Positions 26,904 to 35,721 of a stretch of 56,994 nt of DNA are shown here, in pieces. Within the stretch, counting starts at the first letter, position 1, and every line of letters begins with the position of its first letter. A program made the translations under genes and the position numbers. The notes beneath the pieces are model-generated. The model made no database searches, had not been told where the DNA came from, and was given only the letters and a program-made list of their open reading frames with translations. The stretch comes from a virus (lineage: Duplodnaviria > Caudoviricetes), in the IMG/VR virus record IMGVR_UViG_3300014613_000030, positions 1 through 56,994 of that record. One strand, 5' to 3'.

Positions 26904-27286
26904 TCCTCCTCCTTTTCAGTTTCTTTATGACTTTTTATCATTCCCATTTCAGTCATCTTTTTAACCATTTCTCTAGAGTCTGAAACTAGTACCTCTAAAA
27001 TCCTAAACTCCTCTTCTTCGAATTCGGGATATATACTTGTTAAATTTATTTTAGAACATTGAATTACGAGTTTTCCACATAATTCTAGCACATGAGTTTC
27101 TAAAAGGACTTCTGCAAATAATCTAGCTCTCGGTGTTAAATAGTCATTCGGATTTAATTGTTCTTCCTGCAGGTCTTTCTGTATAGCACTTACAGGAGGC
27201 GGCGGCACCGGAACATTAGGTTTATCTGTGTTCTTCATTTCTTTCTCCTTTTTCAATTTGTTCTTCCTGTCTTTCCCCATATCCAA
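26900..27286 (-). CDS. Hypothetical protein
   Basis: ORF with a Pro-rich segment; probable start MKNTDK after GGAG. Confidence 0.65.
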   Translation of the reverse strand: MDMGKDRKNKLKKEKEMKNTDKPNVPVPPPPVSAIQKDLQEEQLNPNDYLTPRARLFAEVLLETHVLELCGKLVIQCSKINLTSIYPEFEEEEFRILEVLVSDSREMVKKMTEMGMIKSHKETEKEEE

Positions 27287-27545
27287 CCTAATAATATATT
27301 TCTTATCGGGATATTACAATTACGACTTAATAGTATTATGAGAATCCATGTATGAGGCATTAACAATGTTACGAAAATTCCAGCTATTACTATTTTAGTT
27401 TTTCTTTTCATTTCATTCCTCCGTAACGAGAGAGGCGGTGCAAGACACTAAGAATTATCAGGATTGTCCATAACATGATGAAAGATGTCTCTTTCCTTTT
27501 TCCAATTTCCTCCTTTTCATTAATCTTCAATTCAATGGCGACGTT

Positions 27546-28733
27546 TCAAAATACCCAATATCCTAAACATTCTTCATTCCAAGACTCCCAAACAACAGGA
27601 ATTTGTAAACAAGATGTTATCAAGTTTGTAATAACTTTAGGATAAATAAATTGCTTTTTATCCAAAAAATAATAATAACTTTCTTCTGGCAACCTATCTA
27701 AACAAGTAATAACTATCCCAGATAAATCTTTATTGCATCCAACTGAATATTTTAAAATATCAACATCTAACCAACCAACTCTAAAACTTCCTTGCCATTC
27801 ATTGTAAACATTATGAGAATCAACTAAATATTTTGTCAGCATTTCTGATTCAGATGCTAGGGGACCTTTTCCATGTCTAGTAATATATCCTCGCGTAACA
27901 CCAATGTTGAAGCATTTGGCAAATCTTTCACTTCCTATTAATCGTTTAACTTCAGATAAAGTAACTTGCCCTTTTGTTATATAAGGATGTTGCCCATATC
28001 TAGGATCAAGCATTGTTCCTTGTGATCCCTCGAAAATAACATTAGCATTTGAATCTAACATAAAAAAAAGATCATCTTTAAATTTAGTATCAATTTGTTT
28101 TTCAAGAATTTCACCAACATCTAAAAGATTTTTGAAATATCCAGGATCTATCTCACTCACCATCTTCTTATAATAATCAAAACCTTCTTGCGATAGACGA
28201 GATGCTTGATGATATTTTCGTTGTTTCCAGAATAATAATTTATTCCTTAATTGTATTCCATTTAATAAATCTTTTGCTGTTATTATTGTTTCTTTATTAG
28301 TTTTTAAATCATCAATGGTTTCACCAGTTCCAAGTCCTGTGGTGCTAAATCTTTTATCTCCCCTACTTATTTCTTTAGCTCTATTTAGCATCACATTGTA
28401 TAATGTTATAATAGGACATTCGGGATCAATGTGAAGTCTATCTATTAAATTTCCTAATCCATTTTTTTCGTGTACTTCTGCTTCCGCTAGTAAGTTCAAT
28501 GGGTCAATTACCATCTGGCTTGAAAGCCAAGTTTCAACAATATCAGAAACTGCACTTCCAGAACCGAATTGTGCAAAAATGTGGCTTTTCCCATTTTTAA
28601 CGACTCTATGTGCTGCTTGGCTTCCCCCACTAAATCTAACAATCGCAGTGGGATTAATTTTTTCAGTGAGGGCAGCAACAGTTCGCCCTTTGCCTTCATC
28701 GCCAAAAGCAAGGCCAATTACAGAATAGAGCAT
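27546..28733 (-). CDS. Divergent adenylosuccinate-synthetase-like (PurA fold) ligase
   Basis: FGDEGKG, RFSGGSQAAH, STTGLG.GET, FEGSQG.MLD, TRHG.GP, WQGSFRVGWLD, TCLD. Confidence 0.85.
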   Translation of the reverse strand: MLYSVIGLAFGDEGKGRTVAALTEKINPTAIVRFSGGSQAAHRVVKNGKSHIFAQFGSGSAVSDIVETWLSSQMVIDPLNLLAEAEVHEKNGLGNLIDRLHIDPECPIITLYNVMLNRAKEISRGDKRFSTTGLGTGETIDDLKTNKETIITAKDLLNGIQLRNKLLFWKQRKYHQASRLSQEGFDYYKKMVSEIDPGYFKNLLDVGEILEKQIDTKFKDDLFFMLDSNANVIFEGSQGTMLDPRYGQHPYITKGQVTLSEVKRLIGSERFAKCFNIGVTRGYITRHGKGPLASESEMLTKYLVDSHNVYNEWQGSFRVGWLDVDILKYSVGCNKDLSGIVITCLDRLPEESYYYFLDKKQFIYPKVITNLITSCLQIPVVWESWNEECLGYWVF

Positions 28734-28735
28734 CT

Positions 28736-29635
28736 TTAAATCCTTCTATCTCTGAATACATCTCTATTCGGTAAAAGTCCGCTATAATCAGACGCTTTTA
28801 CAGGCATTAAGTTATCTGGTATTGTATTAATAGTTTCGGCAACATCATCCATTCTCTTTCCAGTTTGCCCTCTATTTTTCATATCGGAAAGATATGCATC
28901 TTTGGATATTCCCATTCTCATCGCTATTATGCCAAGCATTGTATCAACAACTGCTTTAGGATCTTTTAGGAGCAGAAATCTTTCCCCGTATATTTGTCTC
29001 CAATCATGAATTATTCTTTTTTCATCTGCTCCGTTGTTATATATAAGATGCAAAACGTAAACTTCGAAGAGATCACTTAATCCTTGGAAAATTTCCTTCG
29101 TTTCTTTCCCATCCAGTTCTGGATAAGGACCTTCATCGCAAATAAAGAAAAAGAACCCCTTTTCCATGTTTTCAAAAGATGCTTTAGTCAAATAAAATAG
29201 GGCACACAAATCATACGATTCCATTGTTTGTCCCCCACCATTCCCTTCTAACCATATCTTTTTTAACCACTTATCAATTGCTAATCCTTTTTCAAATGGA
29301 GTAACTTGAAGAGGTGCTTCGTCTGTATAAGCATCTCCAACTGCTGAAAAAGAGACAGCAATCTCACCTTCTGGAAGATATCCTTTTTGTTCAAGCTGCC
29401 CCCAAAATACAGGCATTTTGTCATAAACAATCATGGTGTTTTCGCCCATGCTTCCTGTCACATCCAAGGAAATTATAATAGGATGTTTTACATCAGTCGA
29501 AATCCTTCGGTCACCACTTGGTAATACCGACTTATCGACTTTTCTAACATTATCGTAATGTCTTTGGGAAGTATCAGAATGACTTTTACCACTTGACGCT
29601 GAACTATAACTTCTTGAATAACTTGATCCGCCCAT
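28736..29635 (-). CDS. von Willebrand factor A domain protein
   Basis: MIDAS DVTGSM; GDAY.D.APLQV..F; EGNGGG...ESY; F..DE; MGG.SYS N-terminus. Confidence 0.85.
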   Translation of the reverse strand: MGGSSYSRSYSSASSGKSHSDTSQRHYDNVRKVDKSVLPSGDRRISTDVKHPIIISLDVTGSMGENTMIVYDKMPVFWGQLEQKGYLPEGEIAVSFSAVGDAYTDEAPLQVTPFEKGLAIDKWLKKIWLEGNGGGQTMESYDLCALFYLTKASFENMEKGFFFFICDEGPYPELDGKETKEIFQGLSDLFEVYVLHLIYNNGADEKRIIHDWRQIYGERFLLLKDPKAVVDTMLGIIAMRMGISKDAYLSDMKNRGQTGKRMDDVAETINTIPDNLMPVKASDYSGLLPNRDVFRDRRI

Positions 29636-29706
29636 TTCATTATCTCCTTATTTTAAAGATTTACTGCAATTACGACTAACAATTTATCATCCTACCATTC
29701 TTTTGT

Positions 29707-31041
29707 TTAATCTGTTACCACTGTTTCTCTACTGTTATCAATCGTTTCAATATATCTTAATAACATTACTCTGAATAATAGGTCGACTAGAATGGTTATT
29801 CCGCTTTCATCATCTCTAAATTTGTCCAATCTCAATTCAGCTTGTCTGTCATCCTCTTGTTCTTGAGTTTGGCTTATAGTTATAACCCCATCTGCCAATC
29901 TTGCTTTGTCATAGGACTCAGCAGAAGCCTCTTGCCTAACCCTGGACCCTTTTGCAGATGAACGTGCATGAGTAGTACACCATATTGGAATGTTTCTAAT
30001 TTCTGATTGCCATTTTACTCCTTCATATACTTTTTTAACTCCCAACCTAAATGATTCAGATTTTCCATGTGGGATCATATGGTCTGGTGAATCATATATG
30101 ATTAGGTTTGGCTTCCAATTTTCTTTTATTTCTATTTCTCTCAGTAAAGATTCTGTATCCATTATAGATATGGTTGAAATTGGTGCATGTATTATTTTAA
30201 GATTTCTTTTCCTTTTTCTACGAAAGTTTCGCATTATTTTATTTGCTATAACAAGATTTGAACCCGCCCATTTGAAATCCTTTATTAATGAATATGGATA
30301 ATCAATGAATCTCGAATCGTATCTGGTCTCTGTTTGAGTTATTGTATTTTCATATACAAAATGGACCGCATTATACCCGCTTATTATGGCAGAAACTCCA
30401 GTGTTTATGGAAAATATACTTTTCCCAACGCCAGACGTCCCCATTATGAGTCCCATAAAAGATTCATTTGACCTTATTTTCATTTTATCATCAAGAACCT
30501 TTAATCCCATTTTCATTATCTTATATTTTTTAGATAATGAATCTTCTTTTCTCTTTCTTTGTCTGTCTTTCCACTCTTCGAAATGTGAATGTACTTGGAA
30601 TCCAGATTTTGAAACATCGAAAACAAAAGATTCTTTTATGAGGTTTATTGCTTTGTCTACATTTCCTTCAGATCCTTCCCTTGCTGCGTTTTCTAATAAT
30701 ATTCCAAATGATTGTTTCTTAGCCCATTCTAGTATTTCTGATTCAATAAACTTTGGTGACTTTACTTTTCTTTCGAAAAGTGGGATAATTTTCTTAATAT
30801 AGTCTTTTCTTCTTTCTTCATCCTTGATTAGTCTATTTGTACTTAAAATTATTGTTTTCTTTGTTGGTAATTCTCCATTGAACTTTTCATAATGTTGATA
30901 CGCCTCATTTATTAAGAAGCGGTATGCCCCTATTGAGAAAAATTCTGGTTTTACAATTTTCTTTAGATTTGATAGCGAATTCTTATTTTTAAGAGCAATA
31001 GCGAGAATATCTTTTTGTAAAACTCTGTCTAGTTTTGGCAT
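29707..31041 (-). CDS. DnaB-like (SF4) replicative helicase
   Basis: Walker A GTSGVGKS, FVYEN, IIYDSPD, AESYDK.RLAD, KFRD. Confidence 0.85.
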   Translation of the reverse strand: MPKLDRVLQKDILAIALKNKNSLSNLKKIVKPEFFSIGAYRFLINEAYQHYEKFNGELPTKKTIILSTNRLIKDEERRKDYIKKIIPLFERKVKSPKFIESEILEWAKKQSFGILLENAAREGSEGNVDKAINLIKESFVFDVSKSGFQVHSHFEEWKDRQRKRKEDSLSKKYKIMKMGLKVLDDKMKIRSNESFMGLIMGTSGVGKSIFSINTGVSAIISGYNAVHFVYENTITQTETRYDSRFIDYPYSLIKDFKWAGSNLVIANKIMRNFRRKRKRNLKIIHAPISTISIMDTESLLREIEIKENWKPNLIIYDSPDHMIPHGKSESFRLGVKKVYEGVKWQSEIRNIPIWCTTHARSSAKGSRVRQEASAESYDKARLADGVITISQTQEQEDDRQAELRLDKFRDDESGITILVDLLFRVMLLRYIETIDNSRETVVTD

Positions 31042-31049
31042 CGCAATCC

Positions 31050-31295
31050 TCAGTTATATACGTTTCCTTTAACTTCGATATATTTTCCAATCTGTTTAAT
31101 ATCATAAATTACGCATTTCAGCAACATATTTTTCCAATATGGAATTATTGTGTAATATTTCTTTCCTTTTCTAATATTTAAATCTTTAAGCTTTCCTCTT
31201 GAAAAACCAAAAGCCACTGTTGATGGTCTTCTGTCGTTTTTTGAATCTTTTAAAAATTCCATATACTTGATGGAGTTATGACTGAGATATTCCAT
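31050..31295 (-). CDS. Hypothetical protein
   Basis: 81-aa ORF within the operon. Confidence 0.55.
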   Translation of the reverse strand: MEYLSHNSIKYMEFLKDSKNDRRPSTVAFGFSRGKLKDLNIRKGKKYYTIIPYWKNMLLKCVIYDIKQIGKYIEVKGNVYN

Positions 31296-31854
31296 TTCTA
31301 TTAGAAAGCAATAAGGCTTTCTTGATATCCCTTATAAAATATTTTTTAAGTTCAATATCTTTAGGATTCCTTTTTAAATATGAGGGATGAAACGTATAGA
31401 CAACCCTATACTTTTTTCTGTATTTTGAAACCATTCCATGATTATCTCTAACCTTATCTGTTCTTCCCGTTAGCCCCTTCCAAGGAACTCTTCCTAATGC
31501 AACTATTGTATTAACATTAGGAGAATAATCTAACTTTTTATCCAGATACTTTCTGCAAGCTTCTATTTCATCTGATTTGGGATTCCGATTTTCTGGTGGT
31601 CGACATGAAACGAGATTCAGTATGAGTATGTTCTCGGTACTTAAGTCCATAATCTTCAGTATTTTTATTAATAGTTTACCTGCTGCACCCACAAACGCCC
31701 AACCAGACAAGTCCTCAGCTCTTCCAGGACCTTCTCCGATGAAGCATAGTTTGGCTCTATAGTTGCCATTTCCCCAAACCATTTTGTTTCTATCTATATG
31801 TAGTTTGCAATCTCGACAGGACGGGCTAATAACAAATGCTGGATGTTTAATCAT
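31276..31854 (-). CDS. Uracil-DNA glycosylase family 4 (Fe-S; SPO1 polymerase-related domain)
   Basis: CRDCKL, GEGPG..ED, FVGAAG, CRPPENR.P..E..AC, HPSY. Confidence 0.93.
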   Translation of the reverse strand: MIKHPAFVISPSCRDCKLHIDRNKMVWGNGNYRAKLCFIGEGPGRAEDLSGWAFVGAAGKLLIKILKIMDLSTENILILNLVSCRPPENRNPKSDEIEACRKYLDKKLDYSPNVNTIVALGRVPWKGLTGRTDKVRDNHGMVSKYRKKYRVVYTFHPSYLKRNPKDIELKKYFIRDIKKALLLSNRNGISQS

Positions 31855-32492
31855 AGTTCAGCTATAAACTGAATCATTCCTGAAAATTTGTCTCTTGTAT
31901 CTTCTTTCATATTATGTGCTCTCCTTTTCGTTGGATATCTTTTTTTAGAATCCTCATACCCGAGCAAAATTTCAAGTATTTTTTCTCCTTCATCTATATT
32001 GTGTCTACATGAACGAATAGAATCCTTTGTTTCGCGAATCAATTCTTGAATAGCGAGTCTGAAACAATTAATCTTTTTTCTTTTATCTATTTTCTTAATG
32101 GCATTTTTATTTTCATTCAAGATTTCTAGGAATTCTTTTAAAGAAAAAAGTTCGTCTTCATATTTTTTTATTTCATCTTTTATTGTTTTCTTCATCAATT
32201 CAATTGAAACTTCTTTGTCTTGGGAAAGACGACCAAGAATATGGTCTTTCATCATCTTTTTGACGTCTTCATACATTAATGCAGATTTTGAATCTGGGAC
32301 TATGCCATTTAAATCGTAAAACTTTCTTTTCTCAACATCTAAAAGAATACTTTTTGCTTCATTTATTTTTTTGAATTCATCTTCATCTCCGCCAATATCG
32401 GGATGATGAATTTTTGCAAGTTTCTTATATGCTTCATTTATCTCTTCTTTTGAAGCGTTCTTTTTAATTCCTAAAACCTTATATGGGTTCAT
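31851..32492 (-). CDS. J-domain (DnaJ-like) protein
   Basis: NPYKVLG...AS.EEI..AYKKLA..HHPD.GGD...F..INEA...R..YD. Confidence 0.92.
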   Translation of the reverse strand: MNPYKVLGIKKNASKEEINEAYKKLAKIHHPDIGGDEDEFKKINEAKSILLDVEKRKFYDLNGIVPDSKSALMYEDVKKMMKDHILGRLSQDKEVSIELMKKTIKDEIKKYEDELFSLKEFLEILNENKNAIKKIDKRKKINCFRLAIQELIRETKDSIRSCRHNIDEGEKILEILLGYEDSKKRYPTKRRAHNMKEDTRDKFSGMIQFIAEL

Positions 32493-32761
32493 TATTCTAT
32501 CACAACCTCCATATTCTGGTTCACACTTCTCCCATCACCAGAATAGGAATGATCAATACTTTTGACATTAAACTCTCCTGCATCAATTCTTGTGACATTG
32601 AACTCTGTTTTCCCAGATCCTTTGGCTTTATAAAAGCCTATAATATCTTCAATTTTTGCATCCTTATGCCAAATAGCTATCTTTCTTTTCCTATCTGGAA
32701 AGGTGATAAGCCACGAAGAAGTAACACAGGTTTTGATAGGAATACATTCTTTATATTTCAT
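32492..32761 (-). CDS. Hypothetical protein
   Basis: 89 aa; GAGG RBS. Confidence 0.65.
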   Translation of the reverse strand: MKYKECIPIKTCVTSSWLITFPDRKRKIAIWHKDAKIEDIIGFYKAKGSGKTEFNVTRIDAGEFNVKSIDHSYSGDGRSVNQNMEVVIE

Positions 32762-33161
32762 TATGCTTATCCTCTAATAATATGTTTTCTTTCTTTATTT
32801 TATCTTCATTTGTCTTCTGAGCTTTTTCCCCATAGAACTCTTCAAGCAATTTTCCAACAGCATCAGGGATGGAGAGATATGTTTCTTTTCCGTCTGGATG
32901 TGGATTTTCACCTCCTATCCCTTTTATTTGCTTTATAACTTTTTCAACTTCAACACCGTTTCTTAAAATCATTGAAATTAATCTTCCGATCGCTTCTGCT
33001 TTAGCAGCAATTGATCTTCCAGACTTTCCAATTATAATGAAAATCTCAATTGGCTTGCTATCACTCTCATTAATCGTTACATACATTTTTCCATAAGCAG
33101 TCTTTATTTCAACCGTAAATCCGTTAAGTATTCTGGGTCTTATGATTAATTTTTCAGTCAT
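32751..33161 (-). CDS. Stand-alone TSCPD domain (C-terminal domain of class II RNR NrdJ)
   Basis: RP..L.G.T..IKT..G.MYVTIN, P.E.F...GKSG...EAIGRLIS, SIPDA. Confidence 0.85.
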   Translation of the reverse strand: MTEKLIIRPRILNGFTVEIKTAYGKMYVTINESDSKPIEIFIIIGKSGRSIAAKAEAIGRLISMILRNGVEVEKVIKQIKGIGGENPHPDGKETYLSIPDAVGKLLEEFYGEKAQKTNEDKIKKENILLEDKHNEI

Positions 33162-33164
33162 TGA

Positions 33165-33578
33165 TTATGCCTCTTTTCTTTTTTTTGGGGGGGTATAAGA
33201 ACTACTTGTTTCCACCCAATCATCTTCTTCCTCTTCATCTATTTCGTTTACTCCCGTAGATGGTTTGATTAGTCGATCTAATTTTTTAATATCTATGACT
33301 TCTAATTCTACAAGCAAACAAAGCAAATCAATTGCATTCATATCTCTAGTTAAATATAGAAATCTCTGATCATTCTTATAACATCTTGCATCTAAAATTG
33401 AGGTTGCAACATTAATGGCTTTAAAAAAGTCTCTTGCTTTATTCTCTTCAGTTCCATCTTTTATAAGTTTAAAAGTTATTATACTTGAGCAATGCATACA
33501 TCTAAATTCATCTTTTGTGAGTGTTGCCGCAAATCTTTTTACAAATTTACATACAGGACAGTAATGTCTTCTTTCCAT
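33165..33578 (-). CDS. Zn-ribbon hypothetical protein
   Basis: CPVC...CMHC. Confidence 0.7.
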   Translation of the reverse strand: MERRHYCPVCKFVKRFAATLTKDEFRCMHCSSIITFKLIKDGTEENKARDFFKAINVATSILDARCYKNDQRFLYLTRDMNAIDLLCLLVELEVIDIKKLDRLIKPSTGVNEIDEEEEDDWVETSSSYTPPKKRKEA

Positions 33579-33596
33579 AGCTTTTTTCTTGCCTCC

Positions 33597-34379
33597 TTAT
33601 GTAAAGAATTTCTTGAGATAATCATATTTGTCTTCTCTAAGATCGCGACCACGAAATCGGAAGGGAATAAATGCCTCATTCATAAGGGATTCCATCGGTG
33701 CTCCAAAGTTTTTTTCTATTTCTTCTGTTGTTGAATAATTTGAAATCAGTATTGTCGGCTTACCGTCTTCAAATCTTTGTTTGCAGATACTTAGAAATTC
33801 TGCAACCATATGTGGTGTTATTCTTCCAATTAGAGATAGTTCTTCGACAACTAAAACATCAACTCCTATAATTTCCTTGAACAAAGGTGCTTTTTCAGGA
33901 AAATTATACGTTGTATACAACAAGCCCATTAGGTCTTTGAAATAAATGTAATAACAATCTATTCCTTTTTGTAATAGTTTTATAATTAAATACAAAGCTC
34001 CTACTGTTTTGCCAGTTCCCGGATTACCGAAAAAAATCATTCCAATGCCATTGTCTACTGCCTCCTTATAATTCATTATATATCTTCTTATTACAGATGA
34101 ATATAATTGAACACTTTTACCTGTAAGTAAGTTTCCTACTGTTCTTTTTTTGAGTTTCTTATCTAATAGGTTATAACTTCTTTTTGGTATGTTTGCGAGA
34201 ATTAATTTTTTTATCCTAAATAGTTTTATCCGACAATCACATTCCTTAAATTCAGCTTCTTTATTTTTCTGCAAGAGAGATGTTGGTATAAGTCCCATTC
34301 CTCTACACTGTTTGCAATTGGGATTTCTATATTTATCTATTTTGCTTTTAAAAAATTTATATCTTTCTTCTTTTTTCAT
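33597..34379 (-). CDS. DnaC/IstB-like AAA+ helicase loader
   Basis: CKQC.G.G...CDC, Walker A GNPGTGKT, Walker B VVEEL, R....KPTILISN, G.DLR. Confidence 0.88.
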   Translation of the reverse strand: MKKEERYKFFKSKIDKYRNPNCKQCRGMGLIPTSLLQKNKEAEFKECDCRIKLFRIKKLILANIPKRSYNLLDKKLKKRTVGNLLTGKSVQLYSSVIRRYIMNYKEAVDNGIGMIFFGNPGTGKTVGALYLIIKLLQKGIDCYYIYFKDLMGLLYTTYNFPEKAPLFKEIIGVDVLVVEELSLIGRITPHMVAEFLSICKQRFEDGKPTILISNYSTTEEIEKNFGAPMESLMNEAFIPFRFRGRDLREDKYDYLKKFFT

Positions 34380-34624
34380 TTTATGTCTCTCTTAAACTTT
34401 TGATGCCAAAAGGGTTCTTCGATTGAATTCATTCCTGTAGACCTTCTTAGGGAAATTTTGCATACTGTACACCTTTTTCTAGGAATTCCTCTTCCTGTAA
34501 AAGCCATTCTAAAAGTATGCTTCCTTCTACATTTTGGGCATATGCATGTGAAATTCTCTAATCTTGGAATCAATACATGTCGACCATGTTTATCAAATAC
34601 TGGTTCTAGTTCTTTTTTTGTCAT
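34376..34624 (-). CDS. Small Zn-finger protein
   Basis: CPKC...CTVC. Confidence 0.65.
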   Translation of the reverse strand: MTKKELEPVFDKHGRHVLIPRLENFTCICPKCRRKHTFRMAFTGRGIPRKRCTVCKISLRRSTGMNSIEEPFWHQKFKRDIK

Positions 34625-34687
34625 GTCTTTATTTAACTTCTACTTTAAGGTTTGCCATTTTCATCCTCTTTTTTACAATATTTGTAT

Positions 34688-34906
34688 TTAAATCTTTGGG
34701 AAAACAAGTTCAAAAGTTTTTCTTGGATCGAAGAACCCGTAAACACGAACTTTTTTCTTTGTATTCATAAAAGTTCTAATATCCATTTCAACTCCGCTTC
34801 CAATGAGCTCTTCAAAACATTTACTGCAAATGTATCCATATACATTTGAATATCTGTTACACAGTATCTCTTCACATCCCATTCGGCTGCATCTCATTAC
34901 TCCCAT
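34688..34906 (-). CDS. Small Cys-rich protein
   Basis: MGVMRCSRMGC...C...YICSKC; AAGGAG RBS. Confidence 0.7.
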   Translation of the reverse strand: MGVMRCSRMGCEEILCNRYSNVYGYICSKCFEELIGSGVEMDIRTFMNTKKKVRVYGFFDPRKTFELVFPKI

Positions 34907-34919
34907 GACAAACTCCTTT

Positions 34920-35504
34920 TCATAAATGTCTATTTATTTTCCCTCTTACGAAATCTGACATTATATCATCCTCAATGAATTTGTCTCTTATTCCAACTTT
35001 TTGTGATTTAACTGATGTTCTTATGCCCCATTTATTTTCAAAATCATCAGGCCATCTTGTATTTCTTGATCTCCATGCAATATTTCTGTTTGCAATGAAT
35101 CTAGCAAATTCTCTCATTATATTTTTGTTTGTCAGAAAGCCTATATAATTTGAGAAATCTTTCCTTCTCTTTTCCCAATTCATAAACCCATATGTCGTCT
35201 TATACACAAAAGAGCTGAAAAAATTCATCGGAATATTATATATTTCTTCAAGAAGATATCTTGTTTTTCTTAAACGATTTATATCCCAGTTTGTCCATTC
35301 GTCAATTTTTGTTGCTTCGCGTACCAGATATATGAACCATCTGTTTTTATATTTAGTATATTGGCTTTGGGATTTATACCTGATTTTCTCCTTTTCCCTC
35401 ATCAACCTCCAACGCAACATCATTTTGCGATTAGAATAAACGTCTTCATTCTTTTCTCTTATAGCTGGCATTCTTTTTATTGGATTCTTCATCTTACAAG
35501 ACAA
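34920..35504 (-). CDS. Basic hypothetical protein
   Basis: Arg/Lys/Trp-rich 194-aa ORF. Confidence 0.7.
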   Translation of the reverse strand: MSCKMKNPIKRMPAIREKNEDVYSNRKMMLRWRLMREKEKIRYKSQSQYTKYKNRWFIYLVREATKIDEWTNWDINRLRKTRYLLEEIYNIPMNFFSSFVYKTTYGFMNWEKRRKDFSNYIGFLTNKNIMREFARFIANRNIAWRSRNTRWPDDFENKWGIRTSVKSQKVGIRDKFIEDDIMSDFVRGKINRHL

Positions 35505-35710
35505 TCTAGAGCAACTGCTTCGCCTCCGATTTCAATCCCATTTGGAGGTGGTTTTGTATCATATTGAACGCCCATATTGCATTTTAAGCATATAGCTCCA
35601 CCGCAACTCCTATTTACTGTATTAATTGTGACCATCCAAGGACCCATCTTGTGCATCCTCCAACTACATGCCGTTGCAGCTTCTTTCTGTAATTTATTTA
35701 CTGTTTTCAT
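35489..35710 (-). CDS. Small hypothetical protein
   Basis: 73 aa; CLKC; AAGGAG RBS. Confidence 0.7.
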   Translation of the reverse strand: MKTVNKLQKEAATACSWRMHKMGPWMVTINTVNRSCGGAICLKCNMGVQYDTKPPPNGIEIGGEAVALDCLVR

Positions 35711-35721
35711 ATTTTCTCCTT

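Noticed and set aside
27546-28733. PurZ / 2-aminoadenine (Z-genome) system suggested by PurA-like plus HD hydrolase genes
   Set aside because: The P-loop is GDEGKG (Asp) rather than the PurZ-type Ser, the Asp-binding loop PurZ needs is missing, and the two genes are about 19 kb apart.
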